DNA of 64,000 nt, taken from contig JAUPSS010000003.1 of assembly GCA_040285825.1 (NCBI GenBank), forward strand, positions 3,162,001-3,226,000. The letters run 5' to 3'. This DNA comes from Eukaryota sp. TZLM1-RC (Eukaryota; Protista; Metamonada: BaSk clade). Position numbers and translations under genes: made by a program. This document shows positions 22,527 through 32,059 of this stretch, in pieces. The notes below the pieces were generated by a model. That model worked only from the letters and a program-made list of their open reading frames with translations, had not been told where the DNA came from and did no database searches. Position 1 is the stretch's first letter; each line of letters begins with the position of its first letter.

Positions 22527-22929
22527 AGAAAGAGAAGATCTAATTTTGAATCAACTCCTCCATCAAAAATTATTAGAAATGCGATTTTTGACCAACAAAC
22601 ATCAAAGCGTAAGCTGAAAAAACAACAAAATGCACTGAACCGAGAAATTTGTATGGAGAATACAATGTTGAATATTGAGAACAGGCAGATTTTGACAAAA
22701 AAACCATTGAAACCGAATAAGGTCAAAAAAAATTGAGCCAAGTCGTAGTGGTTTCAAGCCTGATCCATTGATTCAATTCAAATCAATGACCTCAAATCAA
22801 CATCTTCCCATTGTTATGTGCTTTGATCTTGAAACCTATCAGGATGGTCATCTTTATCAAAATCATGATGGCTAATTTCTCCCTCCTGACGAGATCATCA
22901 ACAAAAAGAGAAAAGAGGGTGCAAATCTT

Positions 22930-25827
22930 TTGAAAAAGAAAACTGATGAGCAAATGGGTGAGTGGATTTCAGATCAAAAAGTGTTTTTAATTTCGATTGT
23001 TATTGGTAAGTTTGATCGCCATAATTTCTTTTTGGAGAGTAAATATTCACTTTTATTGAGAATGAGTCCTCAAATCAGATTACCAGACATTGATATGGAT
23101 ATTCAGGCAGAAATATTCTCTGACGAAAAAATCTTGCTTCGTAGGTTTATAAACCTTATTGGTAATCATCAACCCCATTGTTTTCTTAATCACAATTTAA
23201 TGCAGTTTGATTTACAGGTTTTAAGAAATAGATTAAATTATTTTGATTTACCATTTCCCACTTTTCCAGATGATACAGCAATTGATGTACTCAATCAACT
23301 TTCACCAAGATGGAGAGAAGTTGTCATCAGGGAAAATGGCTTTTTTCTTTTAGATACTTGGGTTTTTGCCAAAAAATTCATAAAAATACCCTACGGACAT
23401 AGGTTAGGCAATCTGGCATATAAAATGATAAATGAAAAGAAAATCAAACTTCATCAGGAATTTTCCCATATTTTGCCAATTGATTGTTTAGCTACTTCTC
23501 CTCTGATACAAAATTCGATTCAATATGGGTTTCATGATTGTATCCTTTGTCTGAAACTTTTCGTGCTGTTTCAGAAAGACAAATTTATTTTATCATCTTA
23601 TAAAACCATTCGAGCAACCGTCAACTCAATGGTTAAACATTCGAATGTGATACTCAAATTGAGAGAAACTGCTTTAAAATTTCAACAGTTACGTATTCAC
23701 ACCACTTGTTGCTTAAAGCTGTATTTACAGTCTTGTTTTGAACGTAATTTGTCATTACCACGAATATCTGCCCACTTATATGAATCATTAATGGCCAGAA
23801 TTCGTTATATTTCAGCTGAGTATTATGGGCAAGAAATGGTGAAACCAAAGAGTGCATTTCCACAGGATTTTGAAAACTTTGTTTATGGTGAAGGAGATTG
23901 TAGATTATCGACCACCTTTGAACAACAAAAGTTGAACAAAACATTGAGTTATGTAGACCATTTGAGATATAGGCCTGAGTTTTTTCCACGATTTCCAACT
24001 GATGGATTCAGTAGACCACCTGGGTATATGGCCCCAGTAATGTTTGCCAATTTTGAGAATAACTTGAAATTGAATTATGAAAAACATATTAATCGATTTA
24101 TTAATGTTTTTTTTGACAAACCAGATGTGGAAAATGTGTTAGCAGAAATGTATAAGCTGGGTGGATACTCAACGCCATTATCTACTATAATTTCACTATA
24201 TAGATTTAGGCTTCGTCAATTCAAAAACTTGTTTCTAGTTGATGATAGAGATTGCTTGAGTTCTTTGTTTCATCATCCTGAAAATATTTCAGACCTTCTG
24301 AATGATGAATTTTTCGATTTATGTGAACATCATGATATAAGAGGTAATGAACTTAGAGACATATTTGAAGGTCTTATTGAGCCTTGTACTTGCCAAATTG
24401 AGAATTTGGTCACTGACGAGAATTTAGTTGATAACATATTTCCAGTGGATATACATTTTCTTGCAGACACTATGGAAACAGATCCTCAAATATTCCTAAA
24501 ACCAGCAATTACAATTGCCCAATATATCTCCAGTGGAGAGAAAAAACCATATCATATTTCTCCTGTTTCAACCACTGTCGGCCCTGGATATTTTCCCATT
24601 GATACAAGAACAATATGGACAATTATTAGACAAACATTGATGGACGATTTATCATCTACACAGACGCTGAAAATGTCCAATACACTAGCCCAAGTTACGA
24701 AATTCAAACCACCTCAGCAATTTGACTTTTGGTCTAATATTCTCGATTTAAATCAACCAATGTTCAAACAGAAGAGCTATAAATTCAACAACATTATCCA
24801 CACAGATGGATTTAATATTGCAGTAGAATTTGTTCGTCGGGATTTACAAGGTCAGAAATGTAAGCCAGACAACAAGGCCAGTATTTCGAATTTATATATT
24901 GATGATGTTGATGTTGATACTGTTCAAGGCAAACGAATTGTTGTTTGTGATCCTGGAAAACGTGATTTATTGTATTTTGGGAGCAGAAAGACTGATCAAG
25001 AATTAGCCATGGTACCTGAACATGAAACTGAACAGCAAAGAAATAGTCGGGTGATGAATCAAGACAAGAAGTACAAATGGTTGAGAATGACTCAGATGTC
25101 CTGGTCTTTGAAAAGTAGGATGAATGAAAAGCAAAAACGATGGGCGATAAAGTATACTGAGGTAGATTGCGACAGGAACCAAATGATCGAGTCTAACGAA
25201 ATGACAATTGAAGATGCAAACACCGAATTATCCGCGTTTGCTGCCAATTCAGCAACTGTTATAAATTTTTCCAACTTTGTGATTGCCAGACTTCGGCAAG
25301 TTTTTTTGACAATTGACTTTTATAGTCTTGACTTGTGGAGCATTCATAAAATGCAAGCTTTTATTCACAAGCAAAGGACTGAAAGTTGGTTGTTAAAAAA
25401 CCTTGTTCAGCAATTTGGCAATCCAAAAGACACTTTAATACTAATGGGTGATTATGGTAAAAAAGGTTCCAAGAATTTGAAACATCAGAGACCTACTAGA
25501 GGAATTGGATGGATTCAATTTCTGAAAAGAAATGGATTTGAAGTATTGATGATTAATGAAGCTTTCACTTCAGCAAAATGTCCTGTGTGTTTTGAAAAGG
25601 TTGCTACGTTTTTGAGAGTCGCAAATCCCAGATTCTATAGAAGAGAAAAGACTCCAGTTACTACATGTCATGGTTTATTAGCTTGTAACAGTGAGAGTTG
25701 CAAACTCAGTAACAAAGGCTCAACAAAGCTTTTCAATAGAAATAAGCTGGCTTGTCTGAATATGTTTGCAATTGCTGAAGCCAGAATGAGTGGTAATGAA
25801 AGACCTCAGTATCTGTGTAGTAGATAG
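22930..25827 (+). CDS. PolB-type 3'-5' exonuclease fused to Fanzor1 RuvC nuclease (965-aa open portion)
   Basis: ExoII HNLMQFDL and ExoIII YGFHD (ExoI FDLET lies in frame just upstream). Fanzor1 motifs YKTIRAT, NFENNLK.NYEKH, SPV.T...YFPIDT, IHTDG, RuvC-I VVCDPG, GDY, RuvC-II INEAFTSAKCPVC, CHGLLAC..C, RuvC-III FNRNKLACLN, RPQYL. Confidence 0.88.
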   Translation: MKKKTDEQMGEWISDQKVFLISIVIGKFDRHNFFLESKYSLLLRMSPQIRLPDIDMDIQAEIFSDEKILLRRFINLIGNHQPHCFLNHNLMQFDLQVLRNRLNYFDLPFPTFPDDTAIDVLNQLSPRWREVVIRENGFFLLDTWVFAKKFIKIPYGHRLGNLAYKMINEKKIKLHQEFSHILPIDCLATSPLIQNSIQYGFHDCILCLKLFVLFQKDKFILSSYKTIRATVNSMVKHSNVILKLRETALKFQQLRIHTTCCLKLYLQSCFERNLSLPRISAHLYESLMARIRYISAEYYGQEMVKPKSAFPQDFENFVYGEGDCRLSTTFEQQKLNKTLSYVDHLRYRPEFFPRFPTDGFSRPPGYMAPVMFANFENNLKLNYEKHINRFINVFFDKPDVENVLAEMYKLGGYSTPLSTIISLYRFRLRQFKNLFLVDDRDCLSSLFHHPENISDLLNDEFFDLCEHHDIRGNELRDIFEGLIEPCTCQIENLVTDENLVDNIFPVDIHFLADTMETDPQIFLKPAITIAQYISSGEKKPYHISPVSTTVGPGYFPIDTRTIWTIIRQTLMDDLSSTQTLKMSNTLAQVTKFKPPQQFDFWSNILDLNQPMFKQKSYKFNNIIHTDGFNIAVEFVRRDLQGQKCKPDNKASISNLYIDDVDVDTVQGKRIVVCDPGKRDLLYFGSRKTDQELAMVPEHETEQQRNSRVMNQDKKYKWLRMTQMSWSLKSRMNEKQKRWAIKYTEVDCDRNQMIESNEMTIEDANTELSAFAANSATVINFSNFVIARLRQVFLTIDFYSLDLWSIHKMQAFIHKQRTESWLLKNLVQQFGNPKDTLILMGDYGKKGSKNLKHQRPTRGIGWIQFLKRNGFEVLMINEAFTSAKCPVCFEKVATFLRVANPRFYRREKTPVTTCHGLLACNSESCKLSNKGSTKLFNRNKLACLNMFAIAEARMSGNERPQYLCSR

Positions 25828-25828
25828 T

Positions 25829-25955
25829 TGTAATTATTCCACACGAAAATTGATCGTGTATTTATGGGAATTTCCCACCAACGGTATCACTTTCAGGTAT
25901 CACCAAGCAACTTTGTCCTGGAAGAAAACCAGACAGAAATAAACAGGTGATTACA
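25829..25955 (+). ncRNA. Candidate Fanzor omegaRNA scaffold
   Basis: Nested hairpins directly after the stop: ACACGA/TCGTGT, TGGGA/TCCCA, ATCACC/GGTGAT enclosing TGTC(C)TGG/CCAGACA, and TGTAAT/ATTACA. Confidence 0.5.
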
Positions 25956-25968
25956 TTAAGCAAAGCTA

Positions 25969-26352
25969 ATGGAGTTGGATTTGTCTGACAACCGTCCATC
26001 TCCTTTCACAGGATGGTACGGGTATTTTCTTCCAGATGTTGACACTGCCACTGTGGGCGAGTTTCAGGCTTATGGAGGAGCAATATTGAACCAATTGCCT
26101 CAACCTGACATCAATCCCAACGTTTTGGTGTTTGGTGTTCAGTATCCAGATGACTTCCCTCCACATCTGCTCCTTGTCTTGCCTACTTTTGTTAGCCACT
26201 GTGTCCGTGTGGGAGAGGTGACCGAACTTGATCGTTTTCTTGTTCCACCTTTCAAGTATACTGATGTTGACATGAATAATTTATCAGATCTATTGTTGTT
26301 GGTACCACCAATGCCTGATGATGTTCAAATAGGAGAACCTCAACCAATTTAG
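25969..26352 (+). CDS. Small BRCT-like protein (127 aa)
   Basis: PFTGWYGYF...AYGGAIL...VLPTFVSHCVRVGEVTELDRFL resembles the BRCT pattern (F.G..f, GG.v, v.p.Wi.dc....l....y); the conserved Trp is Phe here. Confidence 0.45.
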   Translation: MELDLSDNRPSPFTGWYGYFLPDVDTATVGEFQAYGGAILNQLPQPDINPNVLVFGVQYPDDFPPHLLLVLPTFVSHCVRVGEVTELDRFLVPPFKYTDVDMNNLSDLLLLVPPMPDDVQIGEPQPI

Positions 26353-26947
26353 CATTGTTCTGTCTCATTTTTGCTTGTAAATATTTTGTAAAGTTCTTTT
26401 AAGTTTAGTTAGTTTTTTATCAAACTATAAAATACTTTTACAACCTGTTATTGACAAATAAGTTGCATTAGGCGATGAAAGATCAGATTCTTGTATTTGC
26501 TCGTATTCCCCTTCAACAGAAAGTTTTCGTTGCATTGAACAAAGAAGTTGAAAAAAACTGATCATTATATAATAGCTGATGTATATAAAGACTAACAATT
26601 TCAAGTCGCAATTTGTACTTTAAATAAATAGTATTACTGAATAAGCACAAGAGGATTGGAACCAATAAGAGATTGGAACTTTGAGTACTTATAACACAGG
26701 ATATCAAGCTTGATAAGGCCATATTAAGTCACAACAATAGAATGGAGATACAAGTTCTTAAATATTGTATTGATTCTTGAAGAATCCAATAAATGTTGTC
26801 AATAAAAACGACGATTTAAATAGGAAGAAGTACTAGAGAGAACTCACAATACAATCAAATCAACCAATCAGATTTGATTCAACATCAATTGAACTGTAGA
26901 CAAATTATTCCTCGCTGTAGATCTATTTCTTAGTCCATCTCTTTGTC

Positions 26948-27976
26948 ATGAAACCTGTCATCCTTGTTCTGCTAGCTGTAGTAGCTGTTGTCAGCGCATA
27001 CGACCCCTTTTCTCCAAATCCTGACTTATTTGGTTTCGAGCATCCCTCCATAGGGAAAGCAGAAAATATCGAAATGTTTGATGACGAAGAGCAAATTCAA
27101 TCTGACCAATTAAGTGTATTCGATGCTCAATGGTTCAATAGTCTGAAAACCTCAAGCAGCTGGCCCTTTCCTTCAGTAGATCCCCAAATGTTGGACGGCT
27201 TTTTGGAAGAAGAAGAAGACGACGAAGAAGGAACAGAAGCTCTTGAAGATAATGAAGGATGTGACGATGATAGCGAGGAATGTGATAATAATTCATGCCA
27301 ACCAATATATGAAGGACAAAGTGATGGTGTCTGTGATGAAGATGGTTATGATGATGAGGACTTTGACGATGAAGAACCCCTTCCAATGCTGGATGTGCAG
27401 ACTTTTTATCAATCCATTTACTCACAGTTTATCCACCTTCACAATAGCCAACCTACACAGAGGAAACCATCCAAGCCAACCTCTCCTCCTCCAAGTAACC
27501 CCACATCACCCCCAGTTCCTGCTTTTGATGAATGTTCCAGTAAGGATGATCCTCCGGTACTTGTAATACAGGCAAGTTCACTCCCTGAAGGAAAACTGCA
27601 CGAAAAGTCCCTTCTCCATGCCGGTATATGCTATGTAAAGTCAAAAACATCTGCTTCAGCTCCATGCGTTCTGAATGGCAAACTCACCACATGTGATTCT
27701 GATGGTAATGTAGATCAGGAATCTGCTCTTGATTTTGAACTATGTCCTGCTGTGCAAGCAATCAGTATGGATCTCACTGAAGGTTCTGATGCTATTGCAG
27801 GCGCTTGGGATATTGACGACAAACCAATAGGAGCAGTTGAATCTGCTAACGTAGAAGGGATATTTGGTATCTCTGCTAAACCATGTTCCCAGGTGAAAAG
27901 GTTTGCAGTAGCTGCAGAGGGACTGCTGATTGAGAAGATTCGAGTGTGGAAGTATTGTGATTTCTATTGTAGGTGA
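26948..27976 (+). CDS. Secreted acidic protein with Pro-rich linker and Cys-containing C-terminal domain
   Basis: Signal peptide MKPVILVLLAVVAVVSA, D/E tract, PTSPPP repeats; 342 aa. Confidence 0.8.
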   Translation: MKPVILVLLAVVAVVSAYDPFSPNPDLFGFEHPSIGKAENIEMFDDEEQIQSDQLSVFDAQWFNSLKTSSSWPFPSVDPQMLDGFLEEEEDDEEGTEALEDNEGCDDDSEECDNNSCQPIYEGQSDGVCDEDGYDDEDFDDEEPLPMLDVQTFYQSIYSQFIHLHNSQPTQRKPSKPTSPPPSNPTSPPVPAFDECSSKDDPPVLVIQASSLPEGKLHEKSLLHAGICYVKSKTSASAPCVLNGKLTTCDSDGNVDQESALDFELCPAVQAISMDLTEGSDAIAGAWDIDDKPIGAVESANVEGIFGISAKPCSQVKRFAVAAEGLLIEKIRVWKYCDFYCR

Positions 27977-28095
27977 ATGTTATAAACAGTGTTTGTCAGT
28001 TGGTCTGTGGTTTTCATACATTATCTCGAATGTCAAGTTCCAATACCATCCGGAGATGATATGCTTAGATCAAAATACCTTGGATTTGAATACTC

Positions 28096-28420
28096 TTATT
28101 GAGGTCTTTTAAAAGCTAGGGGTCTAGTGTTCAAAAAGTACTTGCTTACTGCAATCTCCCACTGGTTTCTCGATGCAGAGATATCTCTTGACCAAACCAT
28201 CCCACATTCTGGACATGCAAAATAGGCTTTAGACCTTTTCCTTTCTCCATTGTCTATGAAGTAAAGGTCTTCATGGAAAACTTTGCAACAGTTCACTTTG
28301 CCTTATGTATAGTATTCATCGCCATCCTTCACGGTTGGAAATCCAGCCTAACCAAATAGTCACTTCACAATTTTCAGTTATGCTTTTGATTTTCTGGACA
28401 AAATGGCTGAATCTCGGATA
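28096..28420 (-). pseudogene. Fanzor/TnpB C-terminal relic
   Basis: GDEYYT*GKVNCC...FACPECGMVWSRDISASRN...TRPLAF gives RuvC-II, Zn ribbon and RuvC-III; in-frame stops upstream. Confidence 0.8.
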
Positions 28421-29755
28421 AGAATGTCGAAACGATATACGTTGCTTTTTCGTAAGCTGACTCTCCATTTCGGACTGGACTGAAGAAGGTATTAACTGAT
28501 GCTGTCACTGTTATAGTCATCAGTGCAGTGGGCGTGACAGTCGAGAGAAAAGAATAGTTTCCGTTATGACAGTCAACAATAAAACTCTATGTATTTACAA
28601 CTTCTTACATCTATAAGAATGAGAAGCTTTGACAAAAAAATAGACATTTTAGTAGGTGATTGTGGAGCTGCTTTAACCATTTTCTTTCCTACAGAGTCAA
28701 ATCGGATAAAGTTGATTTTGAAGACAACAACAGTAAATTTAACCAAGCAAAAATGTAGTTTCGATGAATTCGTATAAAGTTTCAACAATTTTGACTGTGA
28801 CTTTTTACATTGATTTATTTACATTAATTAATGTGATTTCACTGTGAAGAAGATGATCAATTTTCGAAATTTTTGTTTGAGTTTAAGTTTATTTGTTCAA
28901 CATTTTGGTGACACTTGAGTGAGAATGATTGAATTCATTGGTGTGTTGTGATTTATTCATTTGAACAAACAAAACAAAAACTACTGAAATACAATTGAAC
29001 TATATTCATCACATAAATTATTTAAGGAATTATAAATTTAATAATTTGGTATAGCATCACATAGTGGTGCAATTAGTAAGAGTTTGTTGTTGGTTCTGCT
29101 TGGTGAATAACGGTTTGAGAATAAGGAAAACAATGCTGTTGTTGAGTATCGAATTTATGATGTTCATTGCTAATGAATCAAAAATCGTAAAATGTTAAAT
29201 TAAAGAAATTTTGAACTACTCATCAAAAAACCTCAACATTGAACACGCAATTTAATTGAACATCATTTGTGAAACTTCAGATTCAAACGAACTGAATATG
29301 ACCAATAATTGACTAATATCAGGCAAAAGCTCTGTACCCTACCTCCTTTCAGATTATCAACGAAAACCCATGATAGTACAGCAGCCATTGTCCAGATAAT
29401 GCCCACAGTTGTTGACGTATTATCGGGTTATTATTCAGTCAACATCTTTGCTAAATACAAACAAAGATTTGATAAAACTGTGTCGATCAATATTTAAACT
29501 TAACTAAAGTAAAAGAAAACAAAATGAAATTCAAATGAAATAAATAAAAAGAACCACCAACAACAGTTGTTAGGAGGTGGAAATGATTAGTAAAACTTTT
29601 GATTGAATATTCTTACACAGGGTTGAGAGCCCTTGACAGCTCAGCAAGGGTCATATTAAGATGTGTGCTGTGATTTGATAATTTAAGGTTAAAAAAAATT
29701 TAAGAAAAAAAAACAATTGTGTAAACAAAATGAAAAACTGAATCAGAAATAATAA

Positions 29756-30770
29756 CTAATCAGAACAAAACAAAAGACTACCAAACCTTGCCAACTCATC
29801 TATACCCCTAATTTCTTTACAAAACTGAGCTAGTCCCACCAAGTGAAAATCTTCATAAAGTTCCTGAAACTGTTTGATATACTTGTGCTGTAACTGCCTC
29901 CTGCTCTTGCAGAACGCACAATCAGAGGCTTCCTTTGGTAAGTTTCTATTATCAAAAAGGCCGGTTGTTTCAGGTCCCGGTATCAGCTGGTTGACAACAA
30001 TGTTCGATACATCGATATGCAGTTCCATTAGATCTTGTATCAGCCTTTCCGTTTCCCAAAGACTCAGAAACTCTGGTATCGCTACAGGGATGAACGTAAC
30101 CAGCGATGGATCAGAGAAGAGAGGGACAATGGAAGAAAAGGCAGAAGTAGCTGCAGTGGCACGGTCTGCAATCGAGCCCCCGCCAAACATCCCCATAACA
30201 GAGTTGAGAAGAGACATAAAACCCCCCTGTGAAGTAATCTGTTGAAGTTTCTGCGGAAACTGTAACATTTTCAAGGTATGACCTTTGATTAGTATGAAAG
30301 AAAACACAAACCTGTAGGGGCTGTATCGAAAATGACTAAAGGAAACCTAGACTCTTCAAGCTGTTTCATTAACTCAAAGATGGCAGCAGTCTCATCCATT
30401 CCTGGAAGTGACCCCATTGTTTCAGTGAGTGATGAGACCAGATCGGTGGGAAGAACGCCTCCTAAATCAGAATCGGTACCTGTATCTTTGGAAGGATCAA
30501 TCTCCATGGCATAAAGGTTAGATAAACCTTCCACTAACGTAGGTTCTGATGTAACGGCAAAAGCAAGAGCATCGCTTAAATTATGGGCAGGATCTGTAGA
30601 TACAAGTAGAACATCATGGTCTCGAAGCTTTGAAAGGTGTATAGCTAATGAACATGCTACTGAAGTCTATAGGATGAGACGTAACTCAGAAGCAAGCATA
30701 CTTTTCCGACACCCCCTTTACCCCCAACAAAGATATATTTTAAGGAATCTGCAAGATCAAGACAATTCAT
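29756..30770 (-). CDS. GET3: GET3/ASNA1 (ArsA) ATPase, 3 exons
   Basis: FVGGKGGVGK|TS, STDPAHNLSDA, AMEIDP, PGMDE, IFDTAPTGHTL, IPEFLSLWETERL, C..C. Introns at 30667-30701 and 30283-30311. Start codon tentative. Confidence 0.93.
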
Positions 30771-31569
30771 AGCAGGTACTACTGAAGTGGATTAAGGATG
30801 CAACACAAAAAACTGAGATTCTCTATGTATTGAAAGAGAGCAAATTGGCTATTAGTATTTCAAGTTTTATTCCTGGAACAGTCACATTTTACAATTCAAC
30901 AACAAACCTTAACTAATACTTTTTCTACTACGAATCCCATCAACTAAATGATGAGAGATTTTCGCTATTCACTTGTATAGCAACTCGATTGTTATAAAAC
31001 TCGGTAATATTATTCAAAATGAAGTTAATATAACGAGGAAGAGCTTTAAATAACGAAAATATGATTCTGTTCTTCCAAATCAGAAAATCAAATGTGCGAC
31101 CACTTTCTTTCAGAAGTTTCCCTAAATCATCTAAAAAATGAAAACCTTCACTTCCAGTGGCACCAAAAATTGATATAGCAATTGGAACAAATTTGATGTT
31201 TCTACCTCTTGTTCGATTAAGACCTTGAAGAAGAACTTCGTATTTTGATTTCCTGGAATATTCTGCAACTTTAAGTAAATGGTGAATGTCAGAATTAAAA
31301 CTCCTTTCCCACGGAGATATGGTGGTACAAAGTTCGGTTCCATCATACCAAGCACATTGAATGTCACCTGTTAGTATTTGGAAATTTGATGGTAGATCAT
31401 CTTGAATGAATAAATGGTTCAGTTTTCGCCCAGTGGATCATAGTGATTCAACAGATTCATGGTTCAAAATTCAAACATTCGCAAGTGAATTCCAACTACA
31501 ACACTCATAATTTATTCTGAAAAAGTAATTTTCTTCTATAAAATATCGTATGTTGTTTTGAAATAGATT

Positions 31570-31980
31570 TATTCATCAAAAGACTTATAAATCAACATCT
31601 AAATAATCCATCTCTCCCAAAACAAAACAACTAGATGCAACTCTCTCTTAGCGAGATCTACGAGAAAGCAAAGCATAAGAAACCATCTTCAACATGCTTT
31701 TGAAAATAGAAAACAGAATTCAATTTTGCCAAAAAAAACCTGATAAAAGTTTATTGGTTCTTTTCTTTTCAATGAATTGAAAAATCTGCCAAAAAACGTA
31801 GGAAGTAAGTGAACCAAATAGGGAAAATACAAATGGGTGCAAATTGTATAATGTATACTGTTGGGTATTCTTCAGCAAATTTTGTTTTGCGAAATGTTGT
31901 ATCAGAATCACAACAAATAGTGTAATTCAGTACAAATACACAATGAGCATTAAGAACGAAAAAACCAAAACCACACAATC
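31570..31980 (-). mobile_element. CRE-like family 3, degenerate 3' end
   Basis: YNLHPFVFSLFGSL...FWQN..FSIFKSMLKMVS...LGEMDYLDVDL*; homologous to 51016-51370. Confidence 0.7.
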
Positions 31981-32059
31981 CATTTTTTTGATCCAGACAA
32001 AGTAGAAACAGTTACTGAGTAAGAAAAATTAAAAAAAGTGTATTTGATCTAATACGAAA

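Larger units (their letters stand above)
21694..25827 (+). mobile_element. Fanzor element polyprotein (disrupted): Cys-rich repeats - 2A - NLS - DEDDy 3'-5' exonuclease - Fanzor1
   Basis: ORFs 21565..22362, 22338..22736 and 22930..25827 join through a 1-nt loss at ~22360, a 1-nt gain in the A8 run 22725-22732 and a TAA at 22873-22875. Individual motifs are in the separate features. Confidence 0.75.

Noticed and set aside
22873-22875. Alternative genetic code (TAA/TAG=Gln or TGA=Trp) explaining the in-frame stops in the Fanzors
   Set aside because: Conserved host genes end at expected positions with TAA (eEF1B), TAG (GET3, WASHC4) and TGA (ISY1), and long host ORFs contain no internal stops.
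29615-29660. Hairpin CCCTTG/CAAGGG and a possible tiny minus-strand gene (MTLAELSRALNPV)
   Set aside because: I could not build a convincing spliced ORF or match an RNA family.
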